Shown here: piece after piece, positions 1 to 8,439 of the stretch
Position numbering within the stretch: the first letter of the stretch is position 1
How the letters are laid out: every line of letters starts with the position of its first letter
Assembly (NCBI GenBank): GCA_963699255.1
Contig: OY969425.1
Coordinates: 1,050,001 to 1,082,000, forward strand
Source: an uncultured bacterium
GTDB taxonomy: Bacteria > Margulisbacteria > WOR-1 > CAVSGV01
Direction of reading: 5' to 3'
DNA length: 32,000 nt
The notes under the pieces: model-generated
Told to the model about the DNA's origin: nothing
The model's database searches: none
The model's input: only the letters and a program-made list of their open reading frames with translations
Program-made: the position numbers and the translations under genes

Positions 1-2
1 CC

Positions 3-77
3 GACAGATACGCCACGAACAAGTTCACCGAGATCTTTGTGCCGAACGAATGGCACGTGAACATGGGAGCAAGATGA
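3..77 (+). CDS. C-terminal end of an upstream ORF, probably dGTP triphosphohydrolase-like (partial)
   Basis: Frame 3 reads DRYATNKFTEIFVPNEWHVNMGAR*, resembling the 'DRYAxxLFxxLFxPxPW' C-terminus of HD-domain dGTPase-like proteins often found upstream of dnaG. Its stop overlaps the probable dnaG ATG (ATGA). Very short, so tentative. Confidence 0.4.
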   Translation, partial: DRYATNKFTEIFVPNEWHVNMGAR

Positions 78-1855
78 TATTAAGCTCAACTATCGATGAG
101 ATAAGGAACAAAGCAGATATACTCCAGATCGTTGGAGAATATGTCCCTCTTAAGAAAAGAGGCAAGAATTACATCGGGCTCTGCCCTTTCCATTCGGAAA
201 AAACCCCGTCCTTTACCGTAAGCCCGGACAAACAGATATTCCACTGCTTCGGCTGCAACGAGGGGGGTAACATCTTTTCCTTCCTAATGAAAATAGAGAA
301 TATCAGCTTTGCCGAATCCGTGGAACTTTTAGGCGAACGAGTGGGTATAACGGTACAGAAAACAGGCGCGTCTCCCGCGCTGCAAAGCGAAAAAGAAAAA
401 TACCTCGAAATAATGGAACTTGCGAAAAAGTTCTACAGGGAAGCCCTGGAAGGCCCTGAAGGTGAGCCCGCCAGGGAATATCTGAAAAAAAGAGGCCTCA
501 CTGATGATTCCGTGAAGGCATTTGAACTTGGTTTTTCCCCGAATAAGTGGGATTCACTCCTGAATTTTCTTTTTAAGAGGGGCGTTGACCGCAAAGACAT
601 GGAAAAGCTGGGGCTGATAATCGAGAGAGGGGACAAAAGCGGACACTACGACAGATTCAGAGGAAGATTGATGTTCCCGATATGCAATTTAAGAGGGCGC
701 GTCACGGGTTTCGGGGGCAGGATAATACCCACGGGCACGTCGACCAGCGAAGAAGCAAAATACATAAATTCGCCGGACTCCCCTGTTTACAACAAGGGAT
801 ATTCGCTTTACGGGTTAAGCGTGACAAAGGACGAGATAAAGAAAACAAGAACGGCAGTCCTGGTGGAAGGCAACGTTGATCTGGTCTCCTGCTGGCAGTT
901 CGGGATCAAGAACGTGGTTTGTCCTTTAGGCACGGCACTTACGCAGAACCAGGCGAAAATAATACACAGGTTCGCGGATAATGTGATCCTCGCTTTTGAC
1001 AGGGACAGCGCCGGAAACGCCGCAACGGCAAGAAGCGTTGAAATATTGAAAGACGAGGGATTCAGCGTGAAAGTTTCCGGCTTCGAAGGCGGGAAAGACC
1101 CTGATGAAGCGCTTAAAGCCAAAGGGGCGGAGAGTTTCATCAGGTCCCTTAACGACTCAGCCCCATGGATGGAATACATGATCCTGAATACGCTTTCAAA
1201 ATATAACCTGAATGAAATTGAGAACCGGGCAAAGGCAGCCAGGGAGGTTGCCCTGATAATCGCTCAGGAGAAAGAAGAGCTGGTCCAGAAGGGATACATA
1301 AATCTTGCGGCGAGCAAGTTGGGTTTCAGCGCTGATGAAATATCATCCGAAGTCAAGAGGCGCGGGTTCTACGTGAAAAAAGGCGGATCAACATCTTTGA
1401 ACACAAGCGTTGAGAAACCTTCTTCAAAGGCCGAAAAAGCCGAAGAGTGCCTGATAAAACTCTCAGTGAACAACAAAGAAATAATGGATATGTTTAAACG
1501 ATCCATAAGCTGGCAGGAATTTACCGGCAAGAACACCAGGATAATCGCCGAGCTTCTTCAAGTCACGGACTTTGACCAGAAAGATATAACGCATTTCTTG
1601 CTGGAGACCCTGCCGGACGAAGATTCAAAGAAACTGTTCTCAAAGATAATGGTGGGCGATTACCCGGCGGAGAACCTGGAAAAGGTGGCCGGAGACTGCA
1701 TAAATACGATAAAATCCCTTGCTCTTAAAATGAAAATGGCCGGTCTTCGCGAGAAGATAATGGCAGCGGAAAAAGAAGGCAAACTTGAGAACGTTTCCAT
1801 GCTACATAAGGAATTTAACGGCCTGAACGAGACATACAGGTCCTTATCGGTTTAG
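74..1855 (+). CDS. dnaG: DNA primase DnaG
   Basis: N-terminal zinc-binding motif (CPFHSEKTPSFTVSPDKQIFHCFGCNEGG), EGNVDL and AFDRD TOPRIM motifs. ORF track starts at 50, but ATG 74 has a GGAG upstream (66-69) and a 4-nt overlap with the preceding stop. Confidence 0.97.
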   Translation: MILSSTIDEIRNKADILQIVGEYVPLKKRGKNYIGLCPFHSEKTPSFTVSPDKQIFHCFGCNEGGNIFSFLMKIENISFAESVELLGERVGITVQKTGASPALQSEKEKYLEIMELAKKFYREALEGPEGEPAREYLKKRGLTDDSVKAFELGFSPNKWDSLLNFLFKRGVDRKDMEKLGLIIERGDKSGHYDRFRGRLMFPICNLRGRVTGFGGRIIPTGTSTSEEAKYINSPDSPVYNKGYSLYGLSVTKDEIKKTRTAVLVEGNVDLVSCWQFGIKNVVCPLGTALTQNQAKIIHRFADNVILAFDRDSAGNAATARSVEILKDEGFSVKVSGFEGGKDPDEALKAKGAESFIRSLNDSAPWMEYMILNTLSKYNLNEIENRAKAAREVALIIAQEKEELVQKGYINLAASKLGFSADEISSEVKRRGFYVKKGGSTSLNTSVEKPSSKAEKAEECLIKLSVNNKEIMDMFKRSISWQEFTGKNTRIIAELLQVTDFDQKDITHFLLETLPDEDSKKLFSKIMVGDYPAENLEKVAGDCINTIKSLALKMKMAGLREKIMAAEKEGKLENVSMLHKEFNGLNETYRSLSV

Positions 1856-1923
1856 CATGAAGTAATATATATACTTCATGCTTTAGTGAAATTTATTGCG
1901 ATTCTTCGCGATAATATGAACGA

Positions 1924-2991
1924 ATGGAGGATTTAATGAAAAAAGAAACGGATTATAAAAGTCTTAAAAATATCGGGGAGAAGAAAGGATATCTTACTCC
2001 GGAGGATATAATGGCCATTTATCCTGAACCTGAGAAGAACATATCCGAAATAGAAGAACTTCTTGTACACGGGATAGAAATATCCGAAGATAAGGAGAAA
2101 AAAACAGTACCAGCACCTGAGGAGGCAGTGGTAGACATCACTGAAACAGAAGTGAGAGGCGCGGGCATAGACGACACCGTTAGGATGTATCTAAGAGAGA
2201 TCGGGAAATACAAACTTCTTCGCCCCAATGAGGAGATAGAATGCGCAAAGAAGGTCAGAGCCGGAAGCATAAAGGATAAACACAGGCTTACCAATTCCAA
2301 TCTGAGGCTCGTTGTTTCCATAGCGAAGAAATATTCCGGGAGAGGGATGCTGTTCCTGGACCTTATCCAGGAAGGAAATCTCGGGCTGATCAGGGCCGTT
2401 GAAAAGTTCGACCACAGAAAAGGCTATAAATTCAGCACGTACGCGACGTGGTGGGTACGCCAGGCCATAACAAGATCCATCGCCGACCAGGCGCGCACGA
2501 TACGAATACCCGTACATATGGTCGAAACAATGAACAGGCTCAGAAAAGTGTCCAGAACGCTCCTGCAGCAGCTCGGGCGCCGACCGACCGAAGAAGAAAT
2601 AGCGAAAAGATCCAGGATGTCCGTGGATAAAGTGAGAGAAATAGTAAAGATCTCCCAGCTTCCTCTTTCGCTTGAAATGCCTGTCGGTGATGAGGATTCA
2701 TCACGCCTGGGCGATTTCGTAAAAGACACCGCGATACAGGCGCCGGATGAAGTAGTGCTTCATGGGCTTCTCAGGGAGGACCTGGAAGAGGTTATGTCAT
2801 CTCTTTCGGACAGGGAAAGGACCGTCCTGAAACTGCGATTCGGTCTTGATGACGGTCAGCCAAGGACCCTTGAGGAAGTCGGAAAAGTTTTCAATGTCAC
2901 CCGTGAGAGGATCCGTCAGATTGAAGCTAAAGCATTAAGGAAACTGAGGCACCCTACGCGAAGCAAAAAGTTAAAGGAATATCTTAGATAA
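1924..2991 (+). CDS. rpoD: RNA polymerase primary sigma factor (sigma-70/RpoD)
   Basis: Sigma-70 regions 1.2 to 4: [87 protein letters not shown]. Located next to dnaG. Confidence 0.97.
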   Translation: MEDLMKKETDYKSLKNIGEKKGYLTPEDIMAIYPEPEKNISEIEELLVHGIEISEDKEKKTVPAPEEAVVDITETEVRGAGIDDTVRMYLREIGKYKLLRPNEEIECAKKVRAGSIKDKHRLTNSNLRLVVSIAKKYSGRGMLFLDLIQEGNLGLIRAVEKFDHRKGYKFSTYATWWVRQAITRSIADQARTIRIPVHMVETMNRLRKVSRTLLQQLGRRPTEEEIAKRSRMSVDKVREIVKISQLPLSLEMPVGDEDSSRLGDFVKDTAIQAPDEVVLHGLLREDLEEVMSSLSDRERTVLKLRFGLDDGQPRTLEEVGKVFNVTRERIRQIEAKALRKLRHPTRSKKLKEYLR

Positions 2992-3001
2992 ACACTGAGT
3001 A

Positions 3002-3121
3002 GGGTTAAGGTGTAGGTTTGGAAGCGAGTTTGGCATGGGATTGGTGTATGGAAGTTGGTGCAATACCATCTTACACACCCTTACCTATTCCAAACCCGCA
3101 TCCACACCAAAGCCTAAACCC
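3002..3121. repeat. Approx. 120-bp imperfect palindrome (giant hairpin) filling the rpoD / methyltransferase intergenic gap
   Basis: Left arm GGGTTAAGGTGTAGGTTTGGAAGCGAGTTTGGCATGGG... matches the reverse complement of the right arm GGGTTTAGGCTTTGGTGTGGATGCGGGTTTGGAATAGG..., about 70% over the outer 43 bp, then continuing with a 1-nt shift. Confidence 0.8.
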
Positions 3122-3963
3122 TATTTTCTCTTTATCAGCATCACCTGGTATGTGAGATACTTCCTGAAAACATCCCTCTGGAGTGGCACAAGATTATTGA
3201 CGATTATCTGCTTTAACGTTTTCCCCTTGACCCTGAATTTGAAGAATAGGTTCAGCATCCAGTAAACTGGCGGAAGATGGACCTGCAAAGTGGTAAGGAT
3301 ACAGCTTAAGACCGGCCTTATGTAATTCAAATACACATCGGTGCCGTAGTCAAGGGTGGGAAGGATGTTATCTGTGATATCCTGTTTTTTCACGACCTTG
3401 AATCCCGCTTTTTCAACTGCTTTGAGATAGTCCGTGAGACCGGCGGAAGGGAGATTTGGTACGTTCTTCGCGCTTACCTTCTTGAAATAATCGGACACGA
3501 GAAGGTATCCTGTAGGCCGCAGCAGCTGTGATATCTTTTTTAACGCTTCCCCGAAAGGTATGTATTGGACCGACTCGCTCATGATTATCAGGTCGAACTT
3601 CTGGCCGGTGTCGTATTTTTCCAGCGTGGTCAGCTTAAAACCGGCTTTGCCTTTTGTGTTCTTCCTGAAAAGCTGCCCCTGGTAAGGATCGGGACATATA
3701 CCCGTTACCTGATATCCAAGGTTTAATAACTTTGCCGCATTGCCGCCCACCCCGCAGCCGACATCGAGGACCGTGCTTACTCCCTTTGGAATGGACGCGA
3801 TCAGATTATTAAGGTATCTTTCCTGAGCGGCCTGGAAATTCTCAAGGGTGAGCTTGTCCCCTTTCTTCCAGAGACCGAAGTGAAGGTAATTTGTCTTTGC
3901 CAGGTCGAGGTAAAGCTTAAGAACCGGCTGAACCCGAACTTTAGTTTTTTCGATTTCTTCCAT
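3121..3963 (-). CDS. Class I SAM-dependent methyltransferase
   Basis: Motif I VLDVGCGVGGNAAKLLNLGYQVTGICPD and motif IV-like FDLIIMSESVQYI; overall size fits. Confidence 0.85.
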   Translation of the reverse strand: MEEIEKTKVRVQPVLKLYLDLAKTNYLHFGLWKKGDKLTLENFQAAQERYLNNLIASIPKGVSTVLDVGCGVGGNAAKLLNLGYQVTGICPDPYQGQLFRKNTKGKAGFKLTTLEKYDTGQKFDLIIMSESVQYIPFGEALKKISQLLRPTGYLLVSDYFKKVSAKNVPNLPSAGLTDYLKAVEKAGFKVVKKQDITDNILPTLDYGTDVYLNYIRPVLSCILTTLQVHLPPVYWMLNLFFKFRVKGKTLKQIIVNNLVPLQRDVFRKYLTYQVMLIKRK

Positions 3964-4044
3964 AAAAAAATAGCCCTACTCTGTTCGATTCCAGTTAAGA
4001 TATCTCTACCTTAATTTGTCATTTGGCATTGGTCATTTGACATT

Positions 4045-4065
4045 ACCCCGACCAAAGGTCGGGGT
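4045..4065. terminator. Strong 9-bp stem / 3-nt loop hairpin
   Basis: ACCCCGACC-AAA-GGTCGGGGT, perfect stem in non-coding DNA. No long U-tract, so it may be a repeat remnant rather than a terminator. Confidence 0.5.
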
Positions 4066-4166
4066 TAATAGCGCAACCTTCTTCAGGTCGAACTGTTAGC
4101 ATTATTCTACCTAATACAATTCACGGGTGCAAGAAGCTGAATTTGCGGCGTTCAGAATGATCTCCC

Positions 4167-4201
4167 GATACTGTGACTTAGCCGGGGAACTTCACAGTAT
4201 C
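4167..4201. repeat. Inverted repeat pair GATACTGTGA ... TCACAGTATC
   Basis: GATACTGTGA (4167-4176) and TCACAGTATC (4192-4201) are perfect reverse complements separated by 15 nt. Same motif as the 5430-5492 cluster. Confidence 0.85.
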
Positions 4202-4459
4202 CCTCTATATACGATACGCGTACACAGGCACATACGCACGAGCGCAGGCGCGCGGCCAGACCGGCCAAATTGGGATTTTATTTGTTACTTCGGTACACAA
4301 GGATATTCATTTTAACAGTTGATACATAGATGTTGTTCATTAGCAGTAGAGAAAGACAAAGGATCAATGATGTTAGATATGAATACGAACAAAAGACAGA
4401 AGAACCTGACCCAAAGAGTTTTAGACACGCTGGGAGTTTGAAACTATTGCTGCAAAACC

Positions 4460-4950
4460 TACTCCTTCAAGACCTCGACTGAGCTTGGTCGGAGTCCTCG
4501 GCTTACGGCTTCGCTTTCTCCAGAGGCGAACAGGCGGGACAAGTAAACTCATCGCCCCGATGCTCCGGTTGATGCAAGCTACCCCCTGTGGTGTGGTAAG
4601 CAAGTTCATTATCCCGATACTTCCGCCAGCCATACAGCTCGTAGAGAGGCGGACAGGCCGATCTCGTCAAAGGTGGGTAGGCAGAACAAGCTACCGCCTG
4701 CGGCGGGGCAGGCTGGCAGGGAGCTACCGGCTTTGAAAAAGAACAGTGAGCATTTCCCACTACTGAAAACGGGGCAAGGCGATTATCCATGCTATTTCAC
4801 GTTGGCTGAAATGTAACATTTGTTTTGCTTCATTCTCAGACTCAGATTGAGACAGTTACACAATTAACAATGACATCCGCTTTTGCCGAGGCTTCCGCCA
4901 GCCTTACAGTTCGTAAAGAGGGGGACAGGCGATGACTCCCGACGTAAAGC
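4460..4950. repeat. Cluster of degenerate dispersed GC-rich repeats
   Basis: CTTCCGCCAGCCATACAGCTCGTAGAGAGGCGGACAGGC (about 4621-4659) versus CTTCCGCCAGCCTTACAGTTCGTAAAGAGG-GGACAGGC (about 4891-4928), plus related TTTCTCCAGAGGCGAACAGGCGGG (about 4513-4536). Confidence 0.65.
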
Positions 4951-5429
4951 CTGCCTGTCGGCAGACAAGTCGGAATCCCGCACATATTTTACATTTCAAC
5001 AGTAAGGCAGCGGAACAATGAATGGTTATCAGGCCAAAGACAAGCAGGCAAAAAAAGCAGCTTCAGCTGATCGCTTTCTATCAAGACCCGCCTACACCAA
5101 GACTTATACCATCATACCAGCCAGAGGCAATCCCTACAAAGGCAGGCAAGCAGGGAGCAGGTTTCATCGTGTGTTTTCGCTTGGACCATTTGACCTAGTT
5201 TCCCCATGCTTTGCTAAAGATGTCCTTGGTTGTCAGCAATTCATCGCTAACTACAAGAACTGTTGACTTTGTCTTCATTTCAAGCCAGCTGTATCTGCCT
5301 GCGTCGTCTTTTTTGTGTTCGTGCTTGGAGAGGCGCGGAAATGATTTGTTTTGAATGGGATAAGGCTGGGGCCCCACCTGTCCAGACACAAAAAACGAGT
5401 GAAAACTGATGAAATCCCAAGGACAAAAA

Positions 5430-5492
5430 CAAGCGGTTACTTCACAGTATCTAGGGGGGTATTTCACAGTATCAAGCGGTTAGTTCACAGTA
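5430..5492. repeat. Three direct 21-22-bp iteron-like repeats carrying TTCACAGTA(TC)
   Basis: TTCACAGTATC at 5441 and 5463 and TTCACAGTA at 5484 (spacing 22 and 21 nt). CAAGCGGTTA precedes the first and third copies (5430 and 5473). Confidence 0.85.
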
Positions 5493-5494
5493 AA

Positions 5495-5523
5495 TTGACT
5501 TTTTCACTATTACGGGGCATAAT
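5495..5523 (+). promoter_or_regulatory. Sigma-70-like promoter for the recombinase-ATPase gene
   Basis: TTGACT (5495-5500), 17-nt spacer, CATAAT (5518-5523); the ATG is at 5530. Confidence 0.6.
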
Positions 5524-5529
5524 TTGATC

Positions 5530-6999
5530 ATGGTACAGGAGCTTGAATATTTAACCTTAAATGAAATAAAAGCTTTTCTTAATGCCATCAACGACACCCG
5601 TGACCGGGCACTAATAATCCTATTCCTTAATACGGGCCTTTTCTTAACCGAGGTAACTTCCCTGAAAGTTGATTCGATCGACTGGAAGAAAAAGATACTT
5701 TCCGTCCCCGGCAACCGGAAAAGGACCATCCCGCTGAACGACCAGGTTTTTGAGGCGTTAGCCAAGTGGTCGAAGGAGCGTCCGGCAGGTAAAATTCCTG
5801 ATCTTTTTGTAACTACAAAAGGCGCGCTGAAAGACCTCACAAGTCGCGGCGTAGATTATCTGATAAGAAAGTACGCAGAACAAGCCGGCATAAAGAAGCG
5901 GGTCAATCCGCAAATACTTCGCAACACATTCGCTGTCCGGCTATTCTCGGAAGAACCCTCCATCGAAAAAGCTTCCGCCATTTTGGGCATATCCGACCCG
6001 GAATCGATAAATCGTTATATACAGGCCTCTAAAAGACCGCCGGCCAAGGTGGAGATAACCGAGAAGCTTGAGCATATCGACACCCGCCACCCCGTCGTTA
6101 AAGCTGTTTCAAAGTTATTCCCTACTAAGCCGAAGATCGTAAAGCCCACGACCGCAATAAAAGGCCCCATAACTCCCAGTCCCGAAGAAGTGATCTTCGG
6201 AAGGGATAATGTGATCGCCGACATAAAAGCTGATATCGCCAAAAGTCAGCCAGTTCTGTTGACTGGCCCGCTTGGAATAGGCAAAACTCATTTATTGATA
6301 CATATGTCAAAGGTCCTCGGTCCCAATACATTATATATATCTGCGCCCAATCCGCTTAAAACCGCTCTGATGCAAATACTCGTAAAACTTGATCCTGAAT
6401 GGCAGAAAAAGCTCAACACCAGAGCTTCAACGAAAGAGATAACCGACTATATTGTGAAAATTAAAGGCGCGAAGCCACCAGTTTTGTTGATCGATAATTT
6501 GAACAATATAAAAATCTCCGATATCGACCCTATTTTGACCTTGCTGAATAACTTTCCCATACTCGCCGCCGCCGATGAAGTAAAACCGAAGCTGAAGCAG
6601 GTCTGGTGGCAGCTTAAACAGGTCCCTCTCCCGCCGTTAAATGAAGATGCCTCGAAAGAACTTATCAAATATCTTACACAGAACCTTACTATTAGCGATT
6701 ATGAAATGCTTGAAACAAGGGTACTGACCCTATCAAACGGCCTTCCTCTTGCCATTGTCGATATGATCCATCAGATAAGCCATATCCCGATGGTTTCAAA
6801 AGATGTTATCCGTGATGTTTATCATGAAGCCGGAATACACTATCGCGACTGGACGACGGTTATAATCTTCATTTACTGGATAGCTGTCATTTTTAGATTT
6901 GTTGCGCTTGGAACAAAAAGCTATGAAGCCTATTTCCTTGCCGGTTTCGGCGTGACGTTATTGATGATTTTAAGAAATGTCATGTCGATGTTGAAGTGA
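5530..6999 (+). CDS. Degenerate tyrosine recombinase-like domain fused to AAA+/STAND-type P-loop ATPase with C-terminal transmembrane helices
   Basis: N-term LTLNEIKAFLNAINDTRDRALIILFLNTGLFLTEVTSLKVDSIDW ... NPQILRNTFAVRLF ... ILGISDPESINRYIQ follows the phage-integrase catalytic fold. Then Walker A VLLTGPLGIGKTHLL and Walker B-like PPVLLIDN. The C-terminus has hydrophobic segments VIIFIYWIAVIFRFVAL and AYFLAGFGVTLLMIL. Confidence 0.75.
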   Translation: MVQELEYLTLNEIKAFLNAINDTRDRALIILFLNTGLFLTEVTSLKVDSIDWKKKILSVPGNRKRTIPLNDQVFEALAKWSKERPAGKIPDLFVTTKGALKDLTSRGVDYLIRKYAEQAGIKKRVNPQILRNTFAVRLFSEEPSIEKASAILGISDPESINRYIQASKRPPAKVEITEKLEHIDTRHPVVKAVSKLFPTKPKIVKPTTAIKGPITPSPEEVIFGRDNVIADIKADIAKSQPVLLTGPLGIGKTHLLIHMSKVLGPNTLYISAPNPLKTALMQILVKLDPEWQKKLNTRASTKEITDYIVKIKGAKPPVLLIDNLNNIKISDIDPILTLLNNFPILAAADEVKPKLKQVWWQLKQVPLPPLNEDASKELIKYLTQNLTISDYEMLETRVLTLSNGLPLAIVDMIHQISHIPMVSKDVIRDVYHEAGIHYRDWTTVIIFIYWIAVIFRFVALGTKSYEAYFLAGFGVTLLMILRNVMSMLK

Positions 7000-7005
7000 A
7001 TATTT

Positions 7006-8439
7006 ATGTATAGATTTAGAAACATAAAACATTTATTAGATGATGGTGAGCTGGAAAATCAAGAGATATACTTCTCGGATATTTCTGCGCTAAATGATCC
7101 GATTGAAGGCTATAGGGAAATATGCTGGAAAGGAGATAGTATCCTTTGGAAAAACCTTATTAAGCATTATCTTCTATGCCTTGAAAATGTGATAGTGCTT
7201 ACCATGCTTTCAGAAGATCAGGTTAAGTTTAGCCAACAAGACATACCGGTATTTATGAGCACTGAAAAATTGCCAACTGAATTATATAAAAATATGTTCC
7301 AGGAAATATGCAATGAGGTTCTTAATAATGAGGGCATTATAAAGTACACGGAATATCTATCATCTCGCCTAGATGGCGTCAACCATGACGAATTGTTTAT
7401 TCACCTTAAAATGATACATATGATAGCCTGCGAGGCTATTATTAAAATACATGCGGCGCATAGTTTGCAACTTGCCTCAAACAAACCATCCACAAATCAT
7501 TCCGACAGTCTTACTAAATTGTTAACAGCTTTAGAGGAATTACAATCTGGCAAAGAAGAACACATTAATAGCTTGACGCTATTCTCTATGATGAAGCAAT
7601 TCATGAGAGATAATGACATTCTCAGTTCACGCAAATCAATGGGCAAAGGGGATAACAACAAACAATGCTTCATTAAATTTGAATTTCCAGCTGCTTATAT
7701 AGAACAGATTGAATCATTAACTTATCCCAATCTATATGTGGCATGCTTTACGGAGGATTGCACAAATCCTGTTACTTGGAGTCATTATGGGGATAGCCAC
7801 AAGGGCGTTGCCCTTCAATTCAAGCCTCAGCTTATCGAAAATGAACCATGTATTAATCTTTATGGGATCACGGGTGTTTGGGGAAACGGGAAAAATAGCT
7901 ACAGTAAACGTAAATACCCTTTTAAAAAGGTGACATATTCAAATGAATTCCCCAAAATTAATTTTTTTACTTCTCTCGGACAATTAACTGTTCCGCAAGC
8001 CTTGTCTCAATGGTATACAGATGTTGACGGCAAACAGAGCACCTATGCAAGTGACATATTTAATAAGCAAGACGAATGGCGACATGAATATTGGGCGAAA
8101 TTTGAAAAAAGCGTTTTAACTAAACTTAATGACTGGGAGAAAGAAGTGGAGTTTAGATTGATATTGCCCGAAATACTTGGTCTTCATACTGATATAAACG
8201 CTCGGAAATTTAAATACGATTTTAATGACTTAGGTGGCATTGTTTTTGGCATTAAAACACCATTAGAAACTAAATCGAGAATAATAGATATTATCGAGGA
8301 AAAATGCAAAAAAATTGATCGTAAAGACTTTGAATATTATCAAGCTCAGTATGATGAATCAGCTGGTAAAATCAATATTATTAGGATGAGCATAAACCAA
8401 ACGAGGTCGAATAAAGACAATGTTAGCACCAACACATAG
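7006..8439 (+). CDS. DUF2971-like protein
   Basis: Start MYRFRNIKHLLDDGELENQEIYFSDISALNDPIEG and VACFTEDCTNPVTWSHYGDSHKGVALQF match the DUF2971 pattern (lyfs..slNDPfe; cFse...n.lmWshYa..hkG..lef). Starts 6 nt after the upstream stop. Confidence 0.7.
   Translation: MYRFRNIKHLLDDGELENQEIYFSDISALNDPIEGYREICWKGDSILWKNLIKHYLLCLENVIVLTMLSEDQVKFSQQDIPVFMSTEKLPTELYKNMFQEICNEVLNNEGIIKYTEYLSSRLDGVNHDELFIHLKMIHMIACEAIIKIHAAHSLQLASNKPSTNHSDSLTKLLTALEELQSGKEEHINSLTLFSMMKQFMRDNDILSSRKSMGKGDNNKQCFIKFEFPAAYIEQIESLTYPNLYVACFTEDCTNPVTWSHYGDSHKGVALQFKPQLIENEPCINLYGITGVWGNGKNSYSKRKYPFKKVTYSNEFPKINFFTSLGQLTVPQALSQWYTDVDGKQSTYASDIFNKQDEWRHEYWAKFEKSVLTKLNDWEKEVEFRLILPEILGLHTDINARKFKYDFNDLGGIVFGIKTPLETKSRIIDIIEEKCKKIDRKDFEYYQAQYDESAGKINIIRMSINQTRSNKDNVSTNT

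Noticed and set aside
3035-3265. ORF 3035..3265 on + strand
   Set aside because: It arises from the palindrome plus the antisense of the methyltransferase 3' end; low-complexity translation without recognisable domain.
4127-5467. Several 60-95 aa ORFs in the non-coding tract
   Set aside because: They overlap each other on both strands, cross dispersed repeats, and have no domain-like pattern or convincing RBS. More likely decayed sequence.
5430-5492. Possible mini CRISPR array (three regular repeats)
   Set aside because: Units are only 21-22 nt including the 'spacer', the interval is partly conserved (CAAGCGGTTA), and there are no cas genes; better explained as iterons or IS end repeats.
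4080-5520. Possible tRNA or structured ncRNA
   Set aside because: No cloverleaf or Rfam-like pattern could be recognised by eye; an Infernal/tRNAscan run would be needed to exclude one.
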